From a virus (Duplodnaviria > Caudoviricetes), in the IMG/VR virus record IMGVR_UViG_3300027780_000023, positions 1 to 48,548 of that record: DNA of 48,548 nucleotides. One strand, written 5' to 3'. Each line of letters begins with the position of its first letter. Positions within the stretch are counted from its first letter, which is position 1. The notes under the pieces were generated by a model. It ran no database searches, had not been told where the DNA came from, and saw nothing but the letters and a program-made list of their open reading frames with translations. This document shows, piece by piece, positions 38,401 through 46,366 of the stretch. Position numbers and translations under genes: made by a program.

Positions 38401-41250
38401 AGATTATTAAAAGATAAAGTAGCTTCTTTTAACAGCAATAGCGTTAATTTTGGTTCTAAAGCATCAAATAAACTAAGTCAAAGCATATCAGGTCAAATAG
38501 AAATATTAAATAACTATGATACAGCTTTACAAATGTCTAGGAGAATAAATCCTCCGGTTATGGGTATATCTGTATTAGATTTTGATGACACTGTAGGTAT
38601 AACAAATAGTAAGATAGGTGTTACAATGCCTGATGGAACTTTTAAAAAGATAGACGCTACTGAGTTTGCTTTAGAACATACTAATTTAGAAGACATAGGT
38701 GCTACGTTTGATTTTTCAGAATTTAACAAAGTTATAGGAGGAAAACGAGGACCATTATTTGGTAAGTTAAAAAGAGCTGTAGAAAAATATGGAAATAAAA
38801 ATGTATTCATATTAACAGCTAGACCTGCTGAAGCTGCGCCAGCAATATACGCTTGGTTAAAATCAGAAGGCGTAACTTTAATAGAAGGAAACATAGTAGG
38901 TTTGGCGAATGGAGCTCCACAAGCCAAAGCTAATTGGATAGTTGGTAAAGCAGCTGAAGGTTATAATGATTTTTATTTTGCTGATGACGCTATTAAAAAC
39001 GCACAAGCGGTTAAAGCTGTTTTAGATGTATTAGATATAAAGTCTGAAGTTCAAGTAGCTAAGCAAAGCAAGTCAATTGTTTTCACCTCTATAATAAACG
39101 ACATTATAGAACAAAAAACTGGCATTGAAGCTTATAAACAATATTCCGCGGCTAAAGCTCAAACAATAGGAGCTAGTAAAGGTAAATTTAATTTCTACAT
39201 ACCTCCATCGGCCGAGGATTTTACAGGGTTACTATATAAGTTATTAGGAAAAGGAGCTGTAGGAGATGCTCAAATGGCTTTCTTTAAAGATAACTTACTT
39301 GACCCATATAATAAAGCTGAGATAGAAATATCAAAAGCTAAGGTTTCTGCTGGTGCTGATTTTACAACTTTAAAAAAGAAATTTCCTAACTTACCTAAGA
39401 GTTTACTAAAACAAACTGGAATAGGTAGATTTACTTATGAGCACGCTATTAGAGCTTATGTATGGAATTCTCAAGGTATGACAATACCTGGTTTGTCTCA
39501 AAAAGACGTAAAAAATTTAGTTGATTTTATTAAAAATGATCCAGATTTAAAAGTTTTTAGTGATGAATTAATAGTTATACAAAAAGGTAAACCATATCCT
39601 AAACCAGGCAAAAACTGGACAACTGGAACTATAACAAGTGATGTTATAAACGGTATAAACAAAGTTAATAGAGCTGAGTATTTACAAGAATGGCAGGAGA
39701 ATATAGATATTATATTTTCACCAACTGTATTAAATAAGTTAGAAGCTGCTTTTGGAACAGCTTATGTCAATGCCCTTAAAAATTCAATAAAATCTCAAAA
39801 AAGTGGTAGCAACAGAAGTACTGGTAGTGATTCAATAACAACAAGGTGGTACGATTGGATTAACAACTCAGTAGGTGTTGTGATGTTTTTAAACACTAGA
39901 TCAGCATTGATGCAAATGATATCTAATGTAAACTTTATAAACTGGAGTGATAATAACCCTTTAAAGGCTGCGCAAGCTTTTGCTAATCAACCTCAATATT
40001 GGAAAGATGTAATGTTCTTGTTTAACTCTCCGTATTTAGTAGAAAGAAGAGATGGTTTAAAAATAAATATTAGTGAATCAGAAATAGCAGATTTAGCAGC
40101 AAGCAGCGGTAATAAAACCAAAGACTTTATAGCATTAGCTTTGAATAAAGGTTTTGTGTTTACAAGGTATGCTGACAGTTTTGCAATAGCAACTGGTGGA
40201 GCTACTTATTATAGAAATAGATTAAAAGCTTTATTAGCTACTGGCATGGATCCTAAATTGGCAGAGCAAAAAGCTTTTGAAGATTTTTACGCTATATCAG
40301 AAACAGCGCAGCAATCTAGTAATCCAGCTAAGATAAGTGATCAACAAAGATCTGCTGCTGGTAGATTAATACTTTCATTTGGTAACACTCAAATGCAGTA
40401 CGCTAGAATACAGAAAAGAGCTATAGAAGATTTAATAGCTAGAAGAGGAAATGATAAAGAAAACATATCTAAGTTAATATATTATTCTACTGTTCAAAAT
40501 CTCTTGTTTAACGGTTTAACTCAAGGTATGCAGTTTTTATTGTTTAACGATGAAGACGAAGATGGTAATGTACTTCCAGGAAGTCAAGCTGATAGAGAAC
40601 GAAGAGTAGCAAGAACTTTAAACGGCGCATTTGATTCTCAAATTAGAGGTTTAGGAATCCAAGGAGCTTTAGCAGTTACTCTTAAAAACACATTAATGAC
40701 TATAGCAGAAGAAATGGACAATAAAAGTCCTGATTACGCAGAAGCTATTGATGATTTATTTTCTATATCACCTCCTTTACAAGCTAAGTTAAGAAAACTA
40801 AAAAGTGCAGCTAATACTTTTTCATGGAACAAAAAAGAAATGGAAGATGCAGGTTTTAATTTAAACAATCCAGCTTATCTTGCAACCGCTCAAACAATAG
40901 CAGCTTTAAGTAATATACCAGTAGATGAAGCTGTTATTAAAATAAACGCATTAAGAACTATATATAGTGATTCATCTGAAAAATGGCAAAAAGTTGCCGT
41001 GGCATTAGGTTGGTCAACTTGGGATGTAGGTTTACCTTATTACGGTGTTGATGACAAAGTTATTGAAACACCTGAAATGAAAGTTAGAGCTGAAATAGAC
41101 GATATGAAAAGTCAAACTACTACTAAAGAGCAAACTATAATGTTATTAGATTTAGGGTTAACAAAAAAACAAATAAAAACCTTAAGAATTGAAGAAAATA
41201 GAGTTAAAAAAATAATTGAATTACAAAACAAAAAGAAACAAGATGAGTAA
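32416..41250 (+). CDS. Giant polyvalent (probably ejected) protein with hydrophobic segment, zincin-like motif and HAD domain
   Basis: Hydrophobic helices about 34315-34820; LHEITGH 35710-35730; HAD motifs DFDDT (38578), ILTARP, FADDAIKN; helical C-terminal region. Confidence 0.7.
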   Translation: MTELESFTASLKDLGLTKEQRIERIKEWKISNKPLDVKEEKPIDLKVETEISEEINKDIDPVKPAKTNVSTSADPTVETEKDTGSSSEVALSGLPIDPIPPEPIFPFANEDAAPFEFNQTYTAPPGEVFDYGDGAYKYTVDPITSQPIFYAKALGSDDWIDTTGDGLATRLVASRLGFIDDFDIDVYIEAEKKIQEQKPQSELDKLEDGFVMDDGTGNVGDLDEVTVYAFKKDETDVEKKIRLQYEKYQEASDVTLKEYLAIQNEVGLINLDTQVTETVRAIPNAGLSGMDLKMSYRSEGTTENVTITTVPYEEERNMAISFLQSQREETSSEEPITEAEIRGVTKLQIARNKYTALKDQKNRDYLSDISDEERKQNHDYALGIESTFNPEIESIRLVEEYESLKNSDIVKTVNLMSVELERVYGEINTLSAGIKAKQKIGINSLEDQNTYNALAASFNKRSNILSTERKTIQQQFDLINYDYAEFIATNEVKDTAEENLDYLRRSYSLSEKYFGKPSMTGISFGGGGLAPVTLPNAVGFFTNSELGMGFSNTSMSWMQIILQSMADVPDKAIANAGIFAPGLFMSKIIAQALGDDFLEAQAGFKDLIELRKLDYVKDVEFGKGPNGSFYSFPNFLYFLSQTAIEQLPFFATVAIPHIGLYLAALSAGGDYYVDEFNRAKAQGIEFDRESTLAKAFGFALVEGLGSALPMKMQFKYIQNLKLDKQTLESGVQAFFRDVRKATPDFLKLTAADVGGEVLITQLWQNVISGRPMYEGFGEAGFTSLIFSTSFTGVPIIAGASMRALTDPTTNAEFDQNVRDIAEYQEIIAKNEGGPDLDINTKIYYKGLIDDKLKRNDAILKERSELIDLNLDATGWKLYVNSINRLTYLKEQAISLRAEAKKPGIAIDVSKQIAALELEFSITKSNLDAYLVAFTKKFGLLSVSVQNDLKDRAKAKLKSKGNNSPSDAQLLNIAEQLYTEDTIRGNAENDFAMISLLRGKGIDVNYSILDTNADALAAFTDMVNARIADPNIQFRGSKIDPISKEEAGRKAIEDFKAGLKDGTVNGINFISINVKTGKPVYDSVVTIENAILNNNGGVGLHEITGHVIFTEALGTNPEAFKSLAGTILTYLAEFDYDAYIRIARKTEGQGFDEVLTVFLEELDRINFEKGKEQGFWSTLGIGFNKATSEAVGKDFDYDFKGAKGVVELLRQVAEGYKNQTLTEQSITDIINSDVWQGDIEGQLDDGSVGLDEVLLTSSKKSESISPEGANFLSEWRKGLFTNKDLVLMIRQGAAKDKYPAAEAFVEANFGVIKPIIGYQRRGEKGIDENDVKKAIIELIIGGEVAKWSGKTTPLFEEGEGYNTDFAVTTYIRRLGDRKDKIYERAKALGNIIFNTNELNDSSAGTVEMTDPVNVEASEQVTIDPFKVTKLANANPIIDFVKEQIESGKIDLDKMTLKDLKPFSKIAAQQLADQLGIPVSRILEPNDNLRKGEVTPVQMWIKSNGPTLLALLKQIKGNAPLQTVEGKFKPKKIGGEGRRLAQTIIDAFFIQGPKINNNFQYKLDPSKLNLTYFYSVFGLDPKGNIKDSRGTSANASKGLLELIARLQTLSAIELAIDAKVQEGSTTESEGAKQKAQVKRSEGIKVERDFKKGVFVVPLPDLTTIVTQRVNSKGETVNARTVDLTTPAGIKIINDLEGFFKLHPKQAYLFRSGMTGGFGFTFTDTDTFDKIFPGYDTTGPLIRNKYTRKGRKLNKAAITKLIENPGLIKKKQDLLKKLFLNIQDYIKNNKESASTFSLWQSESSKDQSHAIRFLAPTVFYAIDPYTGRVDLYSEVTEEHMMPNVQAGKSLLDAAIKGKVESEFDNIISKSYGQGALKLANDLALKQFGLLDKLPKSYYDLVLPLLEAGKLDFLPAGMASWIRYSENNVANPFEYNLIKPNITIGELFVGKLTGLDGLKGADFQVGIDMAGMKANGLITRVLTGDMTVQAAKAEFKVYQRLLKDKVASFNSNSVNFGSKASNKLSQSISGQIEILNNYDTALQMSRRINPPVMGISVLDFDDTVGITNSKIGVTMPDGTFKKIDATEFALEHTNLEDIGATFDFSEFNKVIGGKRGPLFGKLKRAVEKYGNKNVFILTARPAEAAPAIYAWLKSEGVTLIEGNIVGLANGAPQAKANWIVGKAAEGYNDFYFADDAIKNAQAVKAVLDVLDIKSEVQVAKQSKSIVFTSIINDIIEQKTGIEAYKQYSAAKAQTIGASKGKFNFYIPPSAEDFTGLLYKLLGKGAVGDAQMAFFKDNLLDPYNKAEIEISKAKVSAGADFTTLKKKFPNLPKSLLKQTGIGRFTYEHAIRAYVWNSQGMTIPGLSQKDVKNLVDFIKNDPDLKVFSDELIVIQKGKPYPKPGKNWTTGTITSDVINGINKVNRAEYLQEWQENIDIIFSPTVLNKLEAAFGTAYVNALKNSIKSQKSGSNRSTGSDSITTRWYDWINNSVGVVMFLNTRSALMQMISNVNFINWSDNNPLKAAQAFANQPQYWKDVMFLFNSPYLVERRDGLKINISESEIADLAASSGNKTKDFIALALNKGFVFTRYADSFAIATGGATYYRNRLKALLATGMDPKLAEQKAFEDFYAISETAQQSSNPAKISDQQRSAAGRLILSFGNTQMQYARIQKRAIEDLIARRGNDKENISKLIYYSTVQNLLFNGLTQGMQFLLFNDEDEDGNVLPGSQADRERRVARTLNGAFDSQIRGLGIQGALAVTLKNTLMTIAEEMDNKSPDYAEAIDDLFSISPPLQAKLRKLKSAANTFSWNKKEMEDAGFNLNNPAYLATAQTIAALSNIPVDEAVIKINALRTIYSDSSEKWQKVAVALGWSTWDVGLPYYGVDDKVIETPEMKVRAEIDDMKSQTTTKEQTIMLLDLGLTKKQIKTLRIEENRVKKIIELQNKKKQDE

Positions 41251-41926
41251 AGAAACCGCAATGGAAAAATACCAAGACTTCGCTAGATCCGAAGGACGTG
41301 AAGCAAAGAAATTTGTTGATAGCTTGGTTGGTACAAAAAATCTTAACATACCTAAGTTAGATGATATCATGGACGAGGAATCTAGAAGAAGAGAAAACGG
41401 TTATTACGTAAAAGGTGATGTTATATCTGAAAAAGGTAAAAAAATAGTTTCAACACCTGACGATGGAAGTCCTTTAGATAAGTTGAAATGTGGCTCACCT
41501 TACAAGATGAAATACGATATACTTGGTGGTGGTTCACCAGCTAATCAAGTAGCCGCGGAAGGTACAGAGGTAGACGATCATCCAAGCGCTAGCAATAGTG
41601 ATGGAGAATCACAAAGAGATGTTATAAGTAGAGTTAATAGTGAAGCTCAGAAAAAAGCTATGTTAGCTAACTCAACAATTAGAAGAAATAATGCTTTGAT
41701 AGACTCTTTAAGTGGTGATTCTAAAATGAAAATGAGCGCTTACGATAAAGCTAATTTGCAGCGAGTGAAAAGCACAGACTCAATCAGGGGTGTAAACAAA
41801 AGTCCATTAAATTTTAAAGGAGCTAATTCTAAAAACTCAAAATGTTGGGATGGCTATAAAAAAGTAGGTACTAAAAAATCACCCAGCGGAACTGGAGAAA
41901 CTGTTAATGATTGCGTAAAAGAATAA
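41243..41926 (+). CDS. SP-motif family protein with C-terminal CWxGY...NDCVK module
   Basis: SPLDK, SPYKM, SPANQ and SPLNF; ATG 41243 overlaps the giant gene end. Confidence 0.75.
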   Translation: MSKETAMEKYQDFARSEGREAKKFVDSLVGTKNLNIPKLDDIMDEESRRRENGYYVKGDVISEKGKKIVSTPDDGSPLDKLKCGSPYKMKYDILGGGSPANQVAAEGTEVDDHPSASNSDGESQRDVISRVNSEAQKKAMLANSTIRRNNALIDSLSGDSKMKMSAYDKANLQRVKSTDSIRGVNKSPLNFKGANSKNSKCWDGYKKVGTKKSPSGTGETVNDCVKE

Positions 41927-41945
41927 TAAAACAAAAAAAATAATT

Positions 41946-42086
41946 ATGGGAAAATTTTTAGTAAAATTAGGATTAAAGATACAAGCTTGGTGGTGTTTAT
42001 TTCAATGCTATTGGAATATGTTAGTATCAAAATTAATGTTTGATGTGGAATCGTGTCCATACAAATTATGTAAATGTAAAAAATAA
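41946..42086 (+). CDS. Small Cys/Trp-rich protein (46 aa), absent from the ORF track
   Basis: MGKFLVKLGLKIQAWWCLFQCYWNMLVSKLMFDVESCPYKLCKCKK; A-rich leader; its stop overlaps the next ATG. Confidence 0.65.
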   Translation: MGKFLVKLGLKIQAWWCLFQCYWNMLVSKLMFDVESCPYKLCKCKK

Positions 42087-42250
42087 TGACAGAGCAATTA
42101 AAATTATACGTTATAAATGCCTCTACTTTAGGAGTTACAACTTTTACTACTTTAGAGATGGGTTTAAAAATATTTTTATTAGCTGTAACTATAGGATATA
42201 CCATAACAAAATGGGTGAATCTTAAAAAAGAAAATGCGAAAAATAAATAA
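42086..42250 (+). CDS. Putative holin (54 aa), absent from the ORF track
   Basis: MTEQLKLYVINASTLGVTTFTTLEMGLKIFLLAVTIGYTITKWVNLKKENAKNK: hydrophobic helices, basic tail, overlaps the endolysin start. Confidence 0.65.
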   Translation: MTEQLKLYVINASTLGVTTFTTLEMGLKIFLLAVTIGYTITKWVNLKKENAKNK

Positions 42251-42659
42251 AATAATAGTTCATTGTTCCGCTACACAAGAAGGTAGAGATTTAGATGCTG
42301 CAGAAATAAATCGGTGGCATTTAAAAAGAGGCTGGAACGGTATAGGTTATCACTATGTAGTTTTATTGGATGGTACTATAGAATACGGTCGTAGCATATA
42401 TAAGCAAGGAGCTCATGTTAAAAACCACAATAAAGGTTCTATAGGAATTTGTTATATTGGGGGCGTTGAATCAGAACGTGGTTCTAATGGTAAATGGATA
42501 GCTAAAGATACTAGAACATCAGAACAAAAAGAAAGCTTGCTACTGTTGTTAAAAACATTAAAAAAAATGCATACAGATGCTACAATACATGGCCATAATG
42601 AGTTTGCAGCAAAATCTTGTCCGTGCTTTGATGCTTATAAAGAATATTGCAATATATAA
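42234..42659 (+). CDS. Endolysin, N-acetylmuramoyl-L-alanine amidase (T7 lysozyme-like)
   Basis: IIVHCSAT, GIGYHYVV, GAHV, SIGICYIGG, HGHNEF..KSCP. Confidence 0.93.
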   Translation: MRKINKIIVHCSATQEGRDLDAAEINRWHLKRGWNGIGYHYVVLLDGTIEYGRSIYKQGAHVKNHNKGSIGICYIGGVESERGSNGKWIAKDTRTSEQKESLLLLLKTLKKMHTDATIHGHNEFAAKSCPCFDAYKEYCNI

Positions 42660-42669
42660 ATAAAAAACA

Positions 42670-43029
42670 ATGGAAAAAGGAGGATTAGCAAAAATAGTTA
42701 AAGAACTACAAGGGGCTTCTAAAATGCACTTAAAGCAATCTGAAAAGATTCAAAAGCATATTGAAGACATGGAAAGCCCAGCTAAAATGAGAAAAACTAC
42801 CAAAGGAGAAGGCAGAACTTTTAGAACAGAAGAAGAAGGTGCTGGTATGACTGAGAAAGGTGTAAAAGATTATAAAAAAGAGAATCCAGGTAGTAAATTA
42901 CAAACTGCAGTAACAGGAGATGTAAAACCTGGTAGTAAAGCAGCAGGTAGAAGAAAGTCATTTTGTGCTAGATCTAAAGGTTGGACAGGCGAAAGAGGTA
43001 AAGCTGCTAGAGCACGATGGAAATGTTAA
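42670..43029 (+). CDS. SP-motif family protein with basic C-terminal module (DUF6321-like)
   Basis: ESPAKM, then ENPGSKL...RRKSFCARSKG...ARARWKC. Confidence 0.7.
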   Translation: MEKGGLAKIVKELQGASKMHLKQSEKIQKHIEDMESPAKMRKTTKGEGRTFRTEEEGAGMTEKGVKDYKKENPGSKLQTAVTGDVKPGSKAAGRRKSFCARSKGWTGERGKAARARWKC

Positions 43030-43073
43030 GAACAAAATATAAATAAAAAATTATAACAACTAAAAAAAACAAA

Positions 43074-43661
43074 ATGAATTCACCATTTAAACAAAAATTT
43101 AGCGATAAATCTCCTTTAGCACAAAAAAAAGCAATAGAAAGATTTGTATACAACCCTAAATCAGACGAATTAACCGAAAGACAAAGAGACAGCTTACATG
43201 GAGTAGCTATGAAAAACGATAAAGGATTTTATAGTAAAGAATTTGATGTATCTGTTGATCCAGAAGATGGAGTATTAACAAACATGAGAAACCCTAAGCA
43301 TCCTGATTTTAAAAGCCAAATATATTCAGAAAAAGAATCTCCTTTAGATCAAAGACAATTAGGAAACAGAGGCGCATACGAAGATGCTAAAACTGGAGAT
43401 TTAATAGACGAAACCGTTAACGATGAAAGTATTTACAAAAGCACTAATTTTGGAAAGGTTGGGCCTTTTCCAAACACGTATGATGTACAAGATATTAGCG
43501 AAATTCAAGAAGACGAAGACGGTCAGTTTATGGTTTCATTAGGTGATGACGAAGCTATTCAAAGCGGACCAAACTCAAATATTAGTATTGATGGTAGAGA
43601 AACAGTTAGAGATACATTAAGACCAGCAGTTGGTAGAAAGTTTTATAATCCTAAAAAATAA
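43074..43661 (+). CDS. SP-motif family protein, paralogue of 9826..10380
   Basis: MNSPFKQKFSDKSPLAQ...ESPLDQ; shared C-terminal module. Confidence 0.8.
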   Translation: MNSPFKQKFSDKSPLAQKKAIERFVYNPKSDELTERQRDSLHGVAMKNDKGFYSKEFDVSVDPEDGVLTNMRNPKHPDFKSQIYSEKESPLDQRQLGNRGAYEDAKTGDLIDETVNDESIYKSTNFGKVGPFPNTYDVQDISEIQEDEDGQFMVSLGDDEAIQSGPNSNISIDGRETVRDTLRPAVGRKFYNPKK

Positions 43662-43706
43662 GGAACAAGATAAATAGGCGTACCATACCTAAAGTTCCTG
43701 TAACCG

Positions 43707-43738
43707 AAAAAGGGCCCTCATAACGAGAGCCCTTTTTT
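43707..43738. terminator. Bidirectional intrinsic terminator between convergent blocks
   Basis: AAAAAGGGC-CCTC-ATAAC-GAGA-GCCCTTTTTT. Confidence 0.85.
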
Positions 43739-43742
43739 GATT

Positions 43743-45461
43743 TTAACCATCACACGCCAAGCAATCTTCATTCATTGCTGTGGCTGCAATATCGCCCCGT
43801 AAGACGCTTTCTGTTCTTGTATAGTATAAAGTCTTAACTCCTTTTTTCCAAGCTTCAAAATGCACTTTATTAAGCCATTTTGGTGTAGCAACACTAGGGA
43901 AAGCTAAATTTAAACTTACTGACTGATCTACATATTGTTGTCTTAATCCAGCTTGATTAACTAACTCTAGCTGATTAATCTCCTTAAAAGTTTTAAATAC
44001 CTCCTTTGCGGGTGTTTCATGGGCCATAATAACATCATTAAGCTCATCAATGTCTTGGACGCTACCACCGTCAACCAAGATTTTATTCCATATTTCTTCA
44101 TTATTTAGTTTGTGCTTTCTTAATAATTTTACTAATGTAGGATTTTTACGTATAAAAGTACCTTTAGCTGATTGCTCTGTAAATACATTTGCTGCCCAAG
44201 GTTCTATGCCCGCCGAGACATTGCCACTGAGCTTACTATTGCTAACAGTGGGAGCAACAGCGCGAAGATGAGTATTACGCATGCCAGTTCCAGAACACCA
44301 TAAAGGTTCTCCATAAGTTTCTGCAAGTGCCATACTAGCCCTTTCGCTTTCAATTTTAATTTGACTAAATATTTTCCTAGTTTCAAACTGAGCAAGTAGA
44401 CCTTCGAACGAGATACCTTTTTCCTGTAGGTATGTGTGCCAGCCCAAAACTCCCAAGCCAAGAGCTCTTCCTTTCGTAGCCGACCTAACCGCGTTTTCAA
44501 ATCCTCGTAAGCCTTTAGCTCTTTGTATAAACTCTTCCATGACTCCATCAAGGAACCATATACTGTCGTAAATAAGATTAGTACCTTTCCATTCTTCATA
44601 TTTTGCTAAATTTAACGATGATAAACAACAAACAAAACTATGGTTTTCATCAGTATGTAATGTTATTTCGCTGCATATGTTAGTCATATGTACCTTTAAT
44701 CCATTTTCTTTATAAGCTTTAGGATTCTTCTTGTTAACGTTGCCTTTAAACATAATATACGGCTCTCCAGTTGCTTTTCGCTTTCTAAGTAATTTACTCC
44801 ATCTATTTCTAGCTTTTGGATCTCCTTGTTCAAGCCTACGCATAAATTTATCACCAACAACTGCGCACTGATGTAGGTTAAGCGACTGTCTGTTAACATC
44901 TCCTTTAGGTTCTCTGATTTCAAGCCACTCTTCGAAATCGTCGTGCTCAATGTTAATATTAACTGAAGCAGCTCCTCGTCTAACTGATCCTTGATTAGTG
45001 GCAAGAATTGTTGAATCGTATATTTTGCAAAAAGGGACGACTCCATCTGATGTTCCATTTCCTGTTATTCTAGCGCCAGCGGGTCTTATTTGATTTATAC
45101 CGATACCAACTCCACCGCCGTGCTTAGCGAGTAGCATCATCTCTAAATTTTTACCTCCTATATCTTGTATGCTATCAGCTACATCAATGCCAAAACAACT
45201 AATAGGAAGACCGCGATCGGTACCAGTATTGGAAAGTACAGGGCTAGCGAGACAAAGCCAGCCGTTCCAAATATACTCAAAAAAAGTTTCTGCCATTTCA
45301 GGTTTATATAACCTTCTTGCAACTGTTTTGGCGACTCTTTGATATGCTTCCTTAGGAGACTCGCCGTTAAATAAATATCCCCCAGAGATAGTTTTTTTGT
45401 ATACCTCTGTGTCTCCCCATTTTGGATAGTCTTCACCTTTTTTCCATTCATTATTCCACAT
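43743..45461 (-). CDS. nrdA: Class I ribonucleotide reductase alpha subunit (no ATP cone)
   Basis: PISCF, GGGVG, TNICSEI (NxCxE), APTVS, DQSVS, TLYY, C-terminal CLAC. Confidence 0.95.
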   Translation of the reverse strand: MWNNEWKKGEDYPKWGDTEVYKKTISGGYLFNGESPKEAYQRVAKTVARRLYKPEMAETFFEYIWNGWLCLASPVLSNTGTDRGLPISCFGIDVADSIQDIGGKNLEMMLLAKHGGGVGIGINQIRPAGARITGNGTSDGVVPFCKIYDSTILATNQGSVRRGAASVNINIEHDDFEEWLEIREPKGDVNRQSLNLHQCAVVGDKFMRRLEQGDPKARNRWSKLLRKRKATGEPYIMFKGNVNKKNPKAYKENGLKVHMTNICSEITLHTDENHSFVCCLSSLNLAKYEEWKGTNLIYDSIWFLDGVMEEFIQRAKGLRGFENAVRSATKGRALGLGVLGWHTYLQEKGISFEGLLAQFETRKIFSQIKIESERASMALAETYGEPLWCSGTGMRNTHLRAVAPTVSNSKLSGNVSAGIEPWAANVFTEQSAKGTFIRKNPTLVKLLRKHKLNNEEIWNKILVDGGSVQDIDELNDVIMAHETPAKEVFKTFKEINQLELVNQAGLRQQYVDQSVSLNLAFPSVATPKWLNKVHFEAWKKGVKTLYYTRTESVLRGDIAATAMNEDCLACDG

Positions 45462-45707
45462 TTATAGTTCTAGTTTTTTTTCGTTTATACCAGCAGCAGC
45501 TGCGTGTTTTCTTTCTTCTACTTTTTTTAACTCGCTTACAATTTTATCCCATTCTTCTTCTCCAATATGTAATTGAAAAGCTGTTAAAACTCCTTGAGCT
45601 AAACTAGCATTCATTTGAACTTCTTTAATTAATTGCTGTACAACATTTGTTAGTGCTTTAACTTTTTTCTTTAATAAATCTGTAGTACTTTGCTTATTTC
45701 CTTTCAT
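45462..45707 (-). CDS. Hypothetical coiled-coil protein
   Basis: 81 aa abutting nrdA. Confidence 0.65.
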   Translation of the reverse strand: MKGNKQSTTDLLKKKVKALTNVVQQLIKEVQMNASLAQGVLTAFQLHIGEEEWDKIVSELKKVEERKHAAAAGINEKKLEL

Positions 45708-46104
45708 TTTTTTTGTTTTGAGTTGGTTTCACAATAGGTTTAATGCTTGGTATGTTTAATGGTTTAATAATTGCTGGTGGATTAAACGGTTTAATGTTTG
45801 GTTTTACATTAGGTTTAGGTCTATTGTAGTTGTATCCTTGATTGTAACTTGGTATAGGATACGAGTTATAGTTCCAGTTTTGCCAGTTTCTTCTATATTG
45901 ATATCTAAACGGATCACGATCTATTATCTCTTGTATTCTTCTATCAAGTATTCTAAACTTAAAATCTCTAACTGGTACAGCAAGAGTATCTCCAGCCTCT
46001 GTTATTGTTAATATACTCTTAATCCTATAGTCTGTTGAAATATCATACGTGCTACTACAAGATGCAAACATTAATGTTAATGCAATGATTATTAGTTTTT
46101 TCAT
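45694..46104 (-). CDS. Putative lipoprotein
   Basis: MKKLIIIALTLMFASC lipobox signal; Pro/Asn-rich tail. Confidence 0.7.
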   Translation of the reverse strand: MKKLIIIALTLMFASCSSTYDISTDYRIKSILTITEAGDTLAVPVRDFKFRILDRRIQEIIDRDPFRYQYRRNWQNWNYNSYPIPSYNQGYNYNRPKPNVKPNIKPFNPPAIIKPLNIPSIKPIVKPTQNKKNERK

Positions 46105-46108
46105 ATTT

Positions 46109-46366
46109 TTATATTATTTTTGTTAAATGTGTTAACCAAGCAACTAAACCGTTAAGATTTAAAGCTACAAGATTCCATTGTTTTCTTGAGGACGTTTGAA
46201 CTATTACACACATAAAACCTATTATAAATAATTTAGGCTCTAACGTCCATTGTCCTGCTATCAAAAAACCTGCACCGAAGTAACCAATACGCGATGCAAA
46301 CTTTTGATACGATGTTAATTTATTCGTATAAGCTAATAGCTTAAGTAATTTATTCTTTGTTACCAT
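46109..46366 (-). CDS. Small membrane protein
   Basis: Two to three hydrophobic segments in 85 aa. Confidence 0.6.
   Translation of the reverse strand: MVTKNKLLKLLAYTNKLTSYQKFASRIGYFGAGFLIAGQWTLEPKLFIIGFMCVIVQTSSRKQWNLVALNLNGLVAWLTHLTKII

Noticed and set aside
429-38927. Numerous short minus-strand ORFs within the + strand block
   Set aside because: They are antisense shadows of strongly biased long genes, with no coherent minus-strand operon
41944-42225. Track ORFs 41944..42204 (-) and 42040..42225 (+)
   Set aside because: The region is better explained by the coupled 41946..42086 and 42086..42250 ORFs with ATG starts and sensible products
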